A stretch of 58,258 nucleotides of DNA, filler included, from Sphacelaria rigidula (GCA_964200075.2; 9 parts of 9 records of this genome joined end to end with filler, not necessarily neighbours in it); one strand, 5' to 3'; positions 1 through 12,970 are shown, counted from the whole stretch's first letter. A program made the numbers and translations. Notes: generated by a model not told the origin, from the sequence alone.

Positions 1-606
1 AACATGATCTAGCTCGACTACCATCATGGTTACCGCAACAAAACGCAAGCGCGCAAAAACAAACGGTCACCTATCGGGGGGGTGGGGGGGGGGGGTAATT
101 TCACGAAAAAATGGGCTCATTCCTGTGTCAGACGACTTGACACACTCGCGGTACGCTTGTATTTCGGGTAGAAGCGGTCTCAAGCAGTATGACTGACCGT
201 TATTTGTCGTAAGCAAGCGCGTTCGAACAACCGTTGCTGCTCTCAACGACGATTTGAAGTGGTTACTCATGAACATAATGACCAGAAACACCCCTCCTCC
301 CGTACCGTAGCATGACTCTTCTGTATTTTTCAAACGGTGACCGAATGCATATTTGTAGTAACAAGTTACCATGTGGACTGTTCAAACAGTACAAGTACAC
401 CCTTGCCATACGATAGCATCAAATAGTACACGGCATAGCTGCAGACAAAAGAAGCCTGACGCAGACCTAATTTTCAGTACGTTTGCGGTGTGCCAAGGTG
501 TCAAACAATCCCAGGCCTCTGGGTGACTGCCGACAACAGGTCTATACCACTAAAGGGGGGAGGCGGGGCGCCGGGAGTGGGTGAGTGGGTGGGCAGTCGT
601 TCAAAC

Positions 607-3600
607 ATCTTCTTTCAAACGCCGTCTGAGTGCTGTCGGACTCAGTCCTTTGGAGTTCATGAGTAGTGAGACGGTTAGCGACAAGACGCGTGAACAAATA
701 AGCGCACAAAGTACGATACACGCGCAGTACCTGAGATGCTGGTAGCGATTCTGTATCCGCAAAGTACAAACTACGATATCATCGTGGTTTCAGGGGAAAA
801 GCGCTAGCTGCTGCACGGAACACCCACCTCGTTGCCACCGTTGATCTCGGCGGTGTGTGCCATACTAAGGAGGCATGTCGTTACCCAAAGAGATACCGCG
901 GGGCCACATTCACCAAACTCGAAGGTTTTCTCGATAATGGCTTGGAGCATCTCCTGCTTGAACCCCACCCTCGAGCACAGCGTCGTCAACGGCCTGCGGA
1001 ACGGCAGCACACCATTCACAAGGGGATGTATATGTATGCAGGTGGGCGGTCGAAGGAGACGGGGCGGGGAGCGGGGGGGCTTAGCGTTAGTAATGCGCTC
1101 GTATATTTTGACGAGTTGAATGGTTTTGGAGAATGGTCAAGCACATGCGAGCGGTTTGTTGTACGTGACCTGGGACGGGGGGGCGGGGACGAGCCCACTA
1201 CTCACCCTCCTGTATATGCCCACATGCTGGCTGAATACGACAAGTAACGACTGCAGGGGGACGCCTTAGTGCGAAGAGGATAGCGTAGTGTGCACGAGAG
1301 ACAGTGCATGTGAAAAGGGAGGCGGCGTTTCATTCAAATCTAGTGTTCCAGTTCTCTGTTGTTGCTTGGCCGAACAAGATTTGTGCTGACGACTCACGCG
1401 TAACGATAGAAATAAAGGCAAGCATAGCAACAACAGAGCCGACCCTGCAAGGGTTCCCTTTCAGCAGCGCACAGCGGCATTGACACAACCTGGCAGTGAA
1501 TCGGTAGCTCCCACATACTCACTGGAGGAAAATCGTCTGATTGAGCATCGCGACCAACTCAGACCGAGAAAACTCGCGAAGGGGCATAAAGGAATTTCTG
1601 TCCAGGATCCAGTCGTACACGCACGGAGAAGACCCCTCAAGCACGCTGAGAGTAAAGTCCACAGCCTGTGCGCATCCCACGAGCAAACGAAGAGAACCAG
1701 GAGCAAATTGCGCGGCATATCGCTTATGGCGAAACGGCGGACCGGATGAACTTTTGCGTGTGACGTACTCAGACGCAACACTTGCACGATGAACTACTGT
1801 AGACCGACTACCGCCAAGTTACTACTGCATGTGTTTGGCGGTTTGTTACAACCAGCACATGCTGCTACCCGACGAGTCGTTGCTGTGTATCACACCGTGT
1901 GCAAACGTGCGGGATGCATGAGCATTCCAGTGTTGGGCGTGCATGTGCTCGGGAGATCAAAACAACAGTAAGTAGTACGATGTGAGGGCATCAGAGTGCA
2001 CGGCTGTGTATTTCTTCGCTTACCCTATACAGCGGTGTCTTGTGGCCGTTTATGGTGCGTACGGTAATCCACGCCAGCGGAACAGCCCACTTGACGAATA
2101 TGGATAGGGCGGCGTCGAACGAAATGGGACCCAAGGCCATGAGCAGGCTGAGGAGCCCGTCGTCGAATCCCTGTTTCGTTTCGAGGGAAGCGAATGCGTG
2201 TGTTTGTTGACACCGACCGAGAGGCAGGGAATAAGGAGTGGATGGTGAACCATGGCGGCACACAAGATGTTTTGCCATCTGATGACAAGCAGACGAATTC
2301 GATGGCAACAACGAAGGACGTTACAGGCAAAAGCGTACGTGTGAAACGCGTTCGTCTCCCACACAACCCGGGCTATTTCCTGGGTACATTGCCTTACAGC
2401 GTGAGCTAGTTCAACCAAAGTCACAGCCGCAGAACTAACTCACTTGGTTGTAGCCAACGTTCTGGAAAAGCTGTATGAATTCACGCAGTATACCCGCGAT
2501 CGCGTCGGCATCCTCTTCCGACCGCCGGGCCAGGTCTCGATCGAGTTGTGCTACATTATCCTGTGGTGAACACTCCTCATCTCGTAAATCCATGACAGGG
2601 ATGAGTCGGGCATTATGCTTGATGGTATCAACTCTGTTCGCTCCGTTGGGCTGCACCACTTCGGGAGCGTCGGCGTGCTGCACAGGGGAGCCACTGTTGC
2701 CGTTCTGGCCATCGAGTGTGTAGTCGTGGGCGAGATAACACCAGCCCGCTTTGAACATATTGTAGATCTTGTTGGCGGCGCGTTTAGCGCACATCCCCAC
2801 CCCCGACCAGCACCACGTCTCGATATGGTCATCGTCATCATCAGCGCCGAGATCGTCGCCGAAGTTGCATCGAATGAAGTGCGCCTCTCCCCTTTCAAGA
2901 TACGACTCCGGGGATGTATCTCCTAAGCCCATGGCGTCTAGCTTGTCGGCAAACAACGTATTGTCGCGGCTGTCACCTGTATGTTTAGCACGTTCGAGGC
3001 AGCAACGGACATGTACCTGTAAAGCTATTTCACTTTCCCCCGTCCCTTAGCACGCGGAGGTCAGCTATCCTGACAGAACTCGGGTCTTCAAGAAGACGGT
3101 TCAACTCAAATGGCAAATGAGCCGACACAACGCTCTCCAACGTCAACTGCTACTGAAACAACACCCAACGGCCACGCATAGTCGCGGCGACGTACCTTCA
3201 TCAGTGCGCAGGGCGCCTCCCAGCCCCGAACAGGATATGGGCGGAGCGGTAACGAAGGCCTCCTGGTGCTGGTCGCACGGGGCGAAACAATCCGTCGCTG
3301 AGCCGTGGGGAGTGATGGATGGCGTTGTCGCCAGATGAGGGCCACCGTCGTTGTCGGGCTTGATGTTGGAGTTGATGGTCGCGTTCATCCTGAAGGTTTA
3401 AGGTACAAGTCGAACGGTCGGTGTTTGGTTTGGGCGTCCGACCTTCCTGCTGAAACTCCAACTTTTCTAGTGATTTTTCGACCTTTTTCGAGGTCAAGCT
3501 TCGTTGAGGTCTCAAGTTGGAGTGATGGCGAACTCTGGGCTGAAAAAACGTATGCAAGTTGGCAACCTTCATAATAACGCGCATCTGAGCTTGTAACACG

Positions 3601-4035
3601 AAAGAGAGTATGAAACTATCGTCTATAGTACACAGTCCAGATGAACAAACTCTTCAAATTCAATCAAAGTATAGTCTTGCACAAATCGTCTTGCCATGAC
3701 TTCTTGGTGGTATTGAACGTATGTATGTGTAGCGTTTGTGTTGGCCTTTTACTGCAAACCGCGGCATCACCATCACGCATTTTGGGGGGTTGCAACATGA
3801 AGTTAGTTGGGAAACAGAACGGAACGGCTCTATGCATCAACGCGACCACCACTGTTGTGCGTCCAAGTCTCCGCGTGAACGATGTACATCGAGAGACCAC
3901 ACCACGCGGCACATCATTCAATACATCCAAGCTTCATCTTGGACGCACCTCCATCTCGTAGTCCAGCTCATGACTGTCGGTGGCCGATGTAAGTCGTAAT
4001 AACTGATGGTCTTGTTGTAAAAATGCGTTTTCCAT
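607..4035 (-). CDS. Multi-exon orphan protein gene (about 586 codons modelled; 3' end unresolved)
   Basis: Hand-built model with GT-AG junctions and matching phases: 4035-3949, 3745-3634, 3584-3443, 3389-3196, 2976-2444, 2278-2024, 1665-1523, 1250-1206, 993-828, 770-731, 647-607. It has no in-frame stop. Coding-like sequence continues to about 300 but with a phase conflict and a TGA. No recognised domain. Confidence 0.65.
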
Positions 4036-5449
4036 ACGCAAGAGTGCCCAGGAAGTCCGAACACCACACATGAAAACACACGGACACGCGATGCGGTTGG
4101 GGGGCCACACAGACAAGGAGGAACGGAGTGACTCAAGATTAAAAGCGGCCCATGCTCTTGAAGTTCGTGTCGCCATGAATCATTATCATTTCTTCTTCTC
4201 TCTTGTATTGGCGAGGCATAGAACGAGCTCGCGGATGACGCACGGGTGCAGAGCCTGGGACACGCACACTAAATTGGCAGGCGTGCGCGGCCTGGGTCAT
4301 AGGCTGACGAGAAGAAGAAACTAAATGTTAGAATACAACGCGCGGACGACGCTAAGTAGAAACCAACATGCTCAAACACAGACATACCGTGAGAACCTAA
4401 CCGCGTGACGCCTCCATGCCAGTGTTTTCAAGTCCCTGTACCTACATCTAGCTTCTTTGCGCACACACCACGACAAGGGGGTTGCGCTGTTGTCGTAAGC
4501 CAACTGCTTTCCATACATCAGAGTGGCCGACGGCGATAGTATGGATGACCTTCAAACTCAACACTTTTTTCCTCTGGCTACCCATTGGAGCTGCGTGAAA
4601 CTGCCTCGACTATATGACGGTGCAGTAGTATCTGCATATAGAGACTAATCCAACTTTCGTCACGACGACGAGCTGGGCAAGGCTAAAAGCTGGCATTTCT
4701 CCAGCAGCACCCGGTAACTTTGTCAGTATTCCGCGCTATTTACCTGATGTAAGATTTTAACATTGTGAAGTGCACGTCTACCAACCTGCTGATGCACGCC
4801 CGTTCAAAATTGAAATGTACAGCTTAATATATGACCTCGATGACGGAACCAGCCTCTGCGAGAAGGATAAAGTATATATTTAGTTGTCGGCATGCGAACT
4901 CGTGAACTCCGTAGCTGGAATCTCCTGTACCGCTTGGACCACGGGGGCGCAGCTGTTTTACATAGAATGTGGAACGCTCCGCACAGTTTCAGTTTTTTTA
5001 AACCGAGTTTTTACAAGAACCGTCTGCACGCAAGTTAAGAATTCTTCACGCGAGTGACAGAAGGAGGAGGTATTTTTGTGTGTGGGTATACCAATGTATC
5101 TGTTTTTTACCGACCTGAACAACAAAAACACATACGCCGGGATTCGAACCCGCGACCTGCCTTCCTACAGGGCAGCATATCTGCACCAGCGTATGTTTAC
5201 CAAACTACACGGTCCAGTTACAGGATGTTTGAGCTGGAATTTGACACGAACGCTCTACACGTCAACACCCAAAAACTGAACACGGAAGTCAAAAACATTA
5301 ATGTATCTATTTATTTGTCGAAGTCATGACACTAATAAAGCTCGCCAGGATCGTATTTTAGCCCTAATTTGCAGGGAGGGGGGGGGGGGTTCGCGGCTGC
5401 TGCGGTCCGTTTTCGCCTTGTGAATTTATAAGTGTTGCATGAGTCGGAC

Positions 5450-5990
5450 AACTCAACTCAGGTTAACCCGAGTTAACTCTCTCCCCCACAATTCACCTAT
5501 GAGCAACATAACTCAGCGGTGCGTATTCCGATCTGGCGAGTCATACTAGACACTTTCTACGATAGCCCCCCCCCAGAACCAGCTAAAAGCGTCACGAAAC
5601 AAAATGGCCATACAGCCCCTGATGTTCGGGTTCAGGCTGCTTGAAGCGCCTCATATTGGCGACATTGGCTAGAGCAAACCCAAGCGTGGAAATTCCTAGC
5701 TTCTCCTTGTGCTCGGCTTTTTCCTTTCCGATTTACGTGAAGATTTTGCCTTGAAAAAACCATGCACTTTTCGGGGGGGGCTATCGTAGAAAGTGTCACT
5801 ACATATATATCTCAGCGGTGGATATTCCTTCTCCATGTATGTGGTGAAATACACTCAGCCGCGCATAATCTGCCGGGCGATGACACAGCATACTACATAA
5901 CTCATCGACGATCCATATTCTAGTCGGGCAAGCTATATACAAGATAAGTCGGCGCTGCATATTTTCGGCCGAGTGAGTTACACAGCGTCA
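5450..5990 (+). repeat. Degenerate roughly 45-50 bp tandem repeats (core ACATAACTCAGCGGTGCRTATTC) interrupted by the MITE
   Basis: Related cores near 5505, 5803, 5850, 5895 and 5945; AACTCAGGTTAACCCGAGTT palindrome near 5455. Confidence 0.5.
5549..5797. mobile_element. MITE, about 25-bp TIR (GACACTTTCTACGATAGCCCCCCCC), 4-bp TSD ACTA
   Basis: Terminal inverted repeats at both ends; ACTA at 5545-5548 and 5798-5801; second copy at 33490-33745. Confidence 0.9.
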
Positions 5991-6385
5991 CTGGCTTAAT
6001 GTACCACTTGCCCGACGTGTGAAACTTTGTCTCAAAATTTCAGCTTCCAACTCTCTGAAATGGGTCATGCACAGTATGGTCACGCGCCAAAATATGCTTC
6101 AGGCTGGCCAAGCTCGCACTGTGTACGAGTTTTATCGACCCCACTGTATAAACGTATCACTGCACTCCGCGATTGACACTCCGACTAACATCCGATCCTA
6201 ATTTTTGGGGTTGAAACAAAATATGAGGTTGAGGTCCCATCCCTCCATTGCAGGGAAGATACAAAAGAGTAACACAGAGCGAAAGTATCTTCCCCCCCCC
6301 GAATTCCGCAGGAGAGCTTAACCGTCAGACCGCGAGAGTAGGTCACCTGCTGAGTCGGCATCAATATTCACTTGGAAAAAGTACA

Positions 6386-6485
6386 NNNNNNNNNNNNNNN
6401 NNNNNNNNNNNNNNNNNNNNNNNNNNNNNTTAATTAATTAANNNNNNNNNNNNNNNNNNNNNNNNNNNNNNNNNNNNNNNNNNNN
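6386..6485. other. Artificial scaffold spacer
   Basis: N44-TTAATTAATTAA-N44, with stops in all six frames. Confidence 0.99.
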
Positions 6486-6919
6486 CTGTTTCGTTTAGAC
6501 GCCAGACACGTCATTCCTGACCAGCCTCATTGGTCGTTCTGGAGGCCCGGTCCCTAAAGGGTTAAGTGGGAAAACGTCGACAGCTTCGCCGCAAGCCCCA
6601 CCCCCAGCGGCTGGTGAAGGGTTCCCGCGGGAGGCCCGCCGGAGGCCCGCCGGAGGCCAAAAAAAAGCGTATATGGGTTGTTTTCCCCCCACACAATCTT
6701 AGTCGTGGTGTCGGTGACCCCAAGAAAAGAAACGACGTGCACCATCACTTGTTCGGGTAGATTGTACGTTTTCTATTGGTACCCGTCACGAATTCAGATT
6801 CATTGTTGCCCGACCGCAAATGAGTCAAATGTGGGATAACACCCCTCCCTTTTCGTTCACGGGGTGAATGCATTTGTTTTGTCCCCGGAAACGGGATGGG
6901 GGGATAAGGGGACCATATA

Positions 6920-7068
6920 GGTTCTGTTCGACTTTTTTTTTTCCCCTGTTCCTTGTTTTCTTTAGAGCGTGTTTCAGTTTCGTTTTTCTTGGGTAGGTCT
7001 ATCATGAGATCGCGGCTGGACCCCTGGGGGGTCAGTTAAAGTGCGACAATCAATCAATCGACCAATCA
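6920..7068 (+). mobile_element. Non-LTR retroelement (LINE/SINE) 3' end with (CAAT)n tail, copy 1
   Basis: Shares GTCTATCATGAGA..CGGCTGGACCCCTGGGGGGTC.GTTAAAGTGCGACA and a (TCAA)n tail with 7929-8090. Confidence 0.65.
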
Positions 7069-7928
7069 GAGGGACAATATGATGCGGTGGATATGATTTT
7101 ACGATGCCCCCTGCATGTTCGGGGGCATCGCTTTTTAAGCGTGAAATCCTACGTAACTACGTAGCGAAAACGGTTGATAACACCTCCATCGTGTCTGGAG
7201 ACAGGATGAAGTGGTTTCTTCCCCGGGCAGGGAGAAATGGGGGGGTAGGGATAAATATTTAATCGTTTACACTTTCTCGTGTGTTGGTGTGTTTGGGCGC
7301 ATCGTCATTCGTGTGTATAGACCGAAGCGGTAGATACCACCCGGGTGACCATTAATTTTGGGAGGGAATGAGGACATGAAACCTCCGGATAAGAAAACAT
7401 TTTCAAAATATATATATATATATTCATAGTCCAAGTATGCCGAAAACTTTCATGTCATCCAAACGTTTTGTCATTTGCACCAAGCACTGGAGCGTGACCT
7501 CCTTGCCAGTGCCGCGCCGTGGCAGACCGCTCGCGGCGTGCGGAACAGGACAAGTCAAAATGTATAAGATTAAGTGAGGATGAATCTCCAAAAAACTAAA
7601 TACGCCGCTGGTCTTTCAGCTGTGTCGTAGATGCGCCCCGTGTTTTCACACGCGGTATCCGCCGTGGCTACGTTCGTGTGCCGAAAGGTGCGCGGTAATG
7701 TCTGCGGTACCCACTGGTGTGTGTCTGTATCTACTCTGCTGCCCTGAATCCCTTGGGCCTTTTCCTTCTTCTTTTTTTCCCCGTCGTTTCATTGTATTTT
7801 ATTTCATTTGCTTTGTACTTTCCTCTTCTTTTCCTTTCTCTTGATTCAGATCGACCAGTTCTTTCTGTGCTTCGCTTGTTTTGACTTTTTTATTACTTTT
7901 TTTTCGTCACGACTTAGTCTGCTGTGTC

Positions 7929-8090
7929 GTTCTGTTCGACCCCTCTTTCTTTTTTTTTCATGCCTCTTATTTTTTTCTCAGAGCGTGTTTCATTTTCATT
8001 TTCTTGAGTGCGTCTATCATGAGACCACGGCTGGACCCCTGGGGGGTCGGTTAAAGTGCGACAGTCAATCAGTCAATCGATTCAATCAAT
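7929..8090 (+). mobile_element. Non-LTR retroelement 3' end with (CAAT)n tail, copy 2
   Basis: Diverged direct copy of 6920-7068; T-rich sequence upstream probably belongs to the same element. Confidence 0.65.
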
Positions 8091-9699
8091 GACGAAGCGC
8101 GGTTTATATCCCCCTGCAAACGTTGAACAGACACCACGGGGACGAAGTCAGAAGGGCTGAGCCCCTGAGTGTCTCGTTTATTTGCCTAGGAAGGGGCATT
8201 ACATCACCGCAACGCCAACAACGTGTGCCTCAAAACATGGGGACATTTTTCTGTTTGCTCAATTTCATGACGTTTCCTAAACCCTTTGACCACCCGGTGG
8301 TGTATTGCACGTGTTCTGTTGAAGCGGCATCGTCTCTACTTCGAAAAATGACCTCTTATCGGACTCAGTTCTCCACCTGCTGTTGCCCAAAGTCTTCGTG
8401 ATCGAAGGATGCGTAGAATACGGCTGTGTAATATAATATACGTGACCGGATGCAGGACTGCGTCACGTGCCGAGTGCATGCAGGTGGCGGTTGGGCGAGG
8501 TTCTGCTCATGACGCGTCCATCCGAACGGCCCTGACGGCGCCTGTACTATTACACGGCTGAAAACCGACACAAAATGTAGCACGACACACGCGGACTTGA
8601 CCCTCTAGCACGGCCGTCCGACCGAACAGTCATTCCCCGACGCGGGTGCGGCGGGATGTGCACACTAGGTTCAGCACAAATCGCGCGGACGCCTTCTTAC
8701 GATAATCGCTGAGCGCTCGTTCACCCTAAAGATGATAATGATGGTACATTCCCCCCGCGCCCCGGTGGTCTGGCTTTTCGCTCTTTCTCATATTTCCGTC
8801 ACACGGTTTTAACCCCTCCCCTTCCTCGGGGCGAGTTCGTGGCATCGAGGGTATCAAGGTATCTCTTCCCCGCTACACGTACGTGATGTGTTTCGGTCTT
8901 GCGGATTGGATCATGACCAGCTCTCCCGCACCGTGTCCACTCTCGGAAATCAAACGCAGTCAAGCGAATTCTTTTTTTCTACTTTCTCGAGCCCTCGTGC
9001 GGTTCAACGGCGGGGAAAAAACAGATATTTCGAAGAAAAATCCCGGAAGTATTGGCGGGGAATCGAACCTGCGTTTTTTCCACCCGACCTAGTAATGGCG
9101 TCAGTCGGACCATTACAATAGACCACCCCCAGGCGAAGCGGCTGGTACAACTGGAACCCAGTTCGAGCAGAAGATGACCGTTTGAAATCCCAGTAGATGT
9201 ATGACTCCAGGATTTTTCCGTCCAGAGAAATAGCTAATTTCTGTCGGTGAAGACGTGAAGGACTGAGAAGCAGAAAAACATTTTTCACACGTCCGACAAC
9301 CCAAACTCATATTACTCATTTTCGTATGGCTTAGCTGGTGAGTTGTACGGTGTAGCTCAGCGGTCAGTAGACCTCAAGCTTTGGTCGTGTATCTGTGGTT
9401 GACGGCATGACTGCTTGATTTTAGACTCGAGAAAGTTCTTAAAATATTTATGGTTCGAGGCAGGTGAGCATTGTACCCAGCTCGTTCAGGACGTGTTTTT
9501 GTTGAAATCGGCGCCTGCGGCGTCAGTTTCAGGTCTCCCAACGCACACTTTGGCTTGGGAAACCCATCATGTGCGGTGCAAGCAGTCGGTGAGACTTTTC
9601 GAATCACTGGACTGACGGCCTGTCGTTTTCTCCGCGTCAAATAAGATTTATAGGGGTATCTCTATTAGAGTAGCTGTAGCTCGGGGCGGGATGCGGTTG

Positions 9700-10500
9700 C
9701 GCTTTCAACAGCTTTCAAACGAAAGGTATAGTTTTCCTCGGCAATCAAACGATACAATTTTCCCGCTTTTTCTGTGTGCTTCGAAGCTGAACTGCCCTGT
9801 AATTCTATGTATCTGTACAGTGCAGGCTATCGCGGCCATGGAAGCTGGACTCTTTTGGGTGGCACTGCTTGCTTGTCAGTCCTTGCAATAAATAAAAACG
9901 TGTATCCACGCCGTGGGGTTACAGTGCTTGTGTGTGGTTCCAAACTCTGGGTGTGGTACTGTTCCGCAAGTTTAGTTTCGAATCTTTCAACGGCTTTCAA
10001 ATGAAAGATACATTTCCCTCGGCAATCAAGCGCAATTTCCCGTTTTTTTCCGTGTGCTTCGACGCTGGAATGCCCTGTATTTCTATGTACGACATAGCTG
10101 TACAGTGCAGGCTGTCGCGGTCATGGAAGCTGGACGCTGTTGGATGGCAGTGCTAGTCAGCGCTTGCAAACCAAAAGACGGCGGTACTGCCCTGTATTGC
10201 ATGTACGACATAACTGTACAACACAGGCTGTCGCGGGCATGGCCTACGGAGCACCATGTCGATGAAAAGGTGGTGCTTTGTATATTGGTATGCGAAACGA
10301 TGTGGAACGAGCAACATGTTTCGATGTTTGTTTGCGATTCACAGTCGTGTGTTTCCGTGCCGTGTGTTGAGGAAGATGACATCCGGCTCCGGGATTACAG
10401 CGCTTCCTGCCCTGTATTCACTGTACGGTGGTCCATAGCTGTACAGTGCAGGCTATCGCGAGCATGGCCTATGGAGCACCATGTCGATGAGAAGGTGGTG
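9700..10500 (+). repeat. Complex local direct repeats
   Basis: 9701-9870 matches 9984-10155. The core TGCCCTGTA..CTGTACAGTGCAGGCTRTCGCG recurs four times. 10188-10275 matches 10408-10500. Confidence 0.85.
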
Positions 10501-10764
10501 ATAAATAGGGCGTCGGGCACAAGAGTATATATATATATTTTCCGAAAATGATCATTTTTCACTTGGATTGAGTATTGATTCGAACCTCGGCGTGATACTG
10601 GTCATCTATGAAGCGGAGAGGCATTTACGCTGTTAATAAATAGGATTAACCTACGATGTCAGCTGCAGCAGCGGCGTTACGTTTCACAAGAGTTTGCTGG
10701 TCACGGCCACGGCACTTATTCGGCGTTTTTCTCCGCTTATCGGGCCGATGTGTGTCTGCTACAG

Positions 10765-12033
10765 CGCAGTGTTATGGCGCTAACCCTTATCATCTCAGTG
10801 GCTACAATGGCCGACCCACTGGTGTGGAAGGAAGCTTTGACGATTGCGGCGCCCGACAGCGCGCCATTGCTTGCGATGACTGCCATTTTCGGTGAGTTAA
10901 CGACAGAACAAACGAAAGAGTGGAGTTTCTAAGTAGTGTAAATCAGCGACGCAAATGGCAAATAAAATACGCGTGTACTACTCTCCTGTCTCGATCTCCA
11001 TTTTAACGTTGATTCTGCTCAAAATCGTGGCTCAGCCGCAAGCCGGGCTTGAGAAGTTGATGGCGTACGTTGGATATCCGAAATGATCCCTTTTGTCTCT
11101 CTTACCAAAAAAAATCCGCACTCTTCTCTGTTCGGTCACTGCGACAAAAAATTAGACACCCATGAATTTCATTTTTTTTTCATAAGCCTGAATATTTTTG
11201 TACCACGTAGTACCGTTGTACTTTATTTTTCATTTCTTTTTCATGTGTGTGTTCAAACGCTCTACTGTATTCCCTTGCTGCAGCTGCTTTGGTGTGGCGG
11301 AGATGGAGGCGTGACGGGAAGCGGGGACTACACCCGGTCTATCGGATGCTTGGCTTCTTGCTCATGATTTTTGTGGGAGCGTCGTTTCTACCCTTCAACA
11401 CTACGGTAATCAGCCGAAAATGAAAACTTCGCGTAGATGTCTCAAAACCCAGCAACGAATAGCTCTTCAACGCTGATCATGAAGGGTACGACCACGGGCG
11501 GCCCAAAACTGACTGCACCCTCGTGTTCCAGCTAAACCCTAGCCCATCCGTGACCTTGAGGCGGTCAGAACTACCATGGATCGAAATACAAACACTCGGA
11601 AGACGTTGTTGTTTTTTGAGCAGATGGAACACAAGCCGGCTGGAACCCTCCAAAATCTACGTAAACGTTTCGACATCTGTTTCGTCGACTGCGCACACCG
11701 CTTGCTCACGTGCCTATGGGCTCAAGAGGGGAGAGTGCCGTGGGGGGAGTGTTGACTGCAGTACTAGCACCGAACACACCCACGCCCGGTGTACAGTACG
11801 AAGCCTTCTTTGACAACGAAATTTGATGTCTCGTAAAGATCGAGAATATCTCCTGGGTTCTACCAGTACTATGTTATGCTTTGTATGCGTTTTGTTCTTT
11901 ACTTGTACGGGCGCGTATTTTTTTGCAGAGATTTTAGATCACAACACCGTGCAGAGGTCTAAGCGCCGCGGAGCTCAAAATAAATCCCCTGAAAATAATC
12001 GAATCTGTCCGGAGGCGTTGGTCTACTTCATGA
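10765..12033 (+). CDS. 3' exons of a small hydrophobic (membrane) protein, unknown family
   Basis: Exons 10765/10770-10891, 11284-11405 and 11938-12033 (stop) are phase-compatible with GT-AG sites: VMALTLIISVATMAD...LLAMTAIFAALVWRRWRRDGKRGLHPVYRMLGFLLMIFVGASFLPF... Confidence 0.5.
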
Positions 12034-12309
12034 TCTCTTGTTTTACCGCGCTATGACAGAGGGCGTCGTGACCGCAGTCGGGGGCATGGTAGCGGACGTG
12101 TCCGTGAGGGGGAGCAAGCTTGCCCACACATCTACTGGTCGCGTAGGTATCATGGAAAGTTTGTCGTAGATGCTGCTTAGGATGGATACCGTGAAGCCAG
12201 CTGGGAGCTGTCGGTACGGATCGCTCCGTTGCAGATTTGCCCCCCCCCCCCTACCTTTTTGTGTAATGTATGGAAGAAACGTCATGAGCACGGGAATGTT
12301 GAAGGTGGC

Positions 12310-12400
12310 TCTATCAGGAGTAGGAACAGTGCCACGTCTCGAAAAGGAAACGTGGTCAATGATCAAACGACTATGGCCAGCAACAAATGAGTACGCCCCC
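12310..12400 (+). repeat. Dispersed repeat family A
   Basis: GGAACAGTGC..CGTCTCGAAA.GGA..CGTGGTCAAT...GCAACAAATGAGTACGCCCC; related pieces at 19455-19600, 25939-25995, 29725-30030 (-), 38740-38806 (-) and 51015-51090 (-). Confidence 0.8.
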
Positions 12401-12870
12401 CCTCCCCCCCCCCCCTCCAAAGCCTGGTCCAGCGAGAACCCGGCGTGCTCCGTCCCGGCTTTGTAGAGGCGGATCCCCGATGGGGTTGACGTCGGTTGGC
12501 GATGACGCTATAAACATACGCCACTCACTGCGTAAGCTAGGCAACCAGGTTACTGATTTGTTTTGCGCACTTGCGTTTTTTTCGCGGTAACCATGATGGT
12601 AGTCGAGCTAGATCATGTTGTGCGGCGTGAGAGAACCTCAACTCCGCACAAAGAGGATAATTCCACTACGTGGTGTTTATATGGTGAGACACCCATGAGG
12701 GAGTGTATAAGCCGTTGCTGTCTCTGGAAATCGCGATACCAGAAAAGGAAGCAACTCATTGGAGGCTGTCATATAACTGCAAGATAATCAGTAGGCTTCG
12801 GGCCGAACAGTCTTAGCAGGGTGCAGCTCACCCTTCATGCGACTCGTCGAACACACCACGGCGCTTCGCA

Positions 12871-12970
12871 NNNNNNNNNNNNNNNNNNNNNNNNNNNNNN
12901 NNNNNNNNNNNNNNTTAATTAATTAANNNNNNNNNNNNNNNNNNNNNNNNNNNNNNNNNNNNNNNNNNNN
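12871..12970. other. Artificial scaffold spacer
   Basis: N44-TTAATTAATTAA-N44. Confidence 0.99.
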
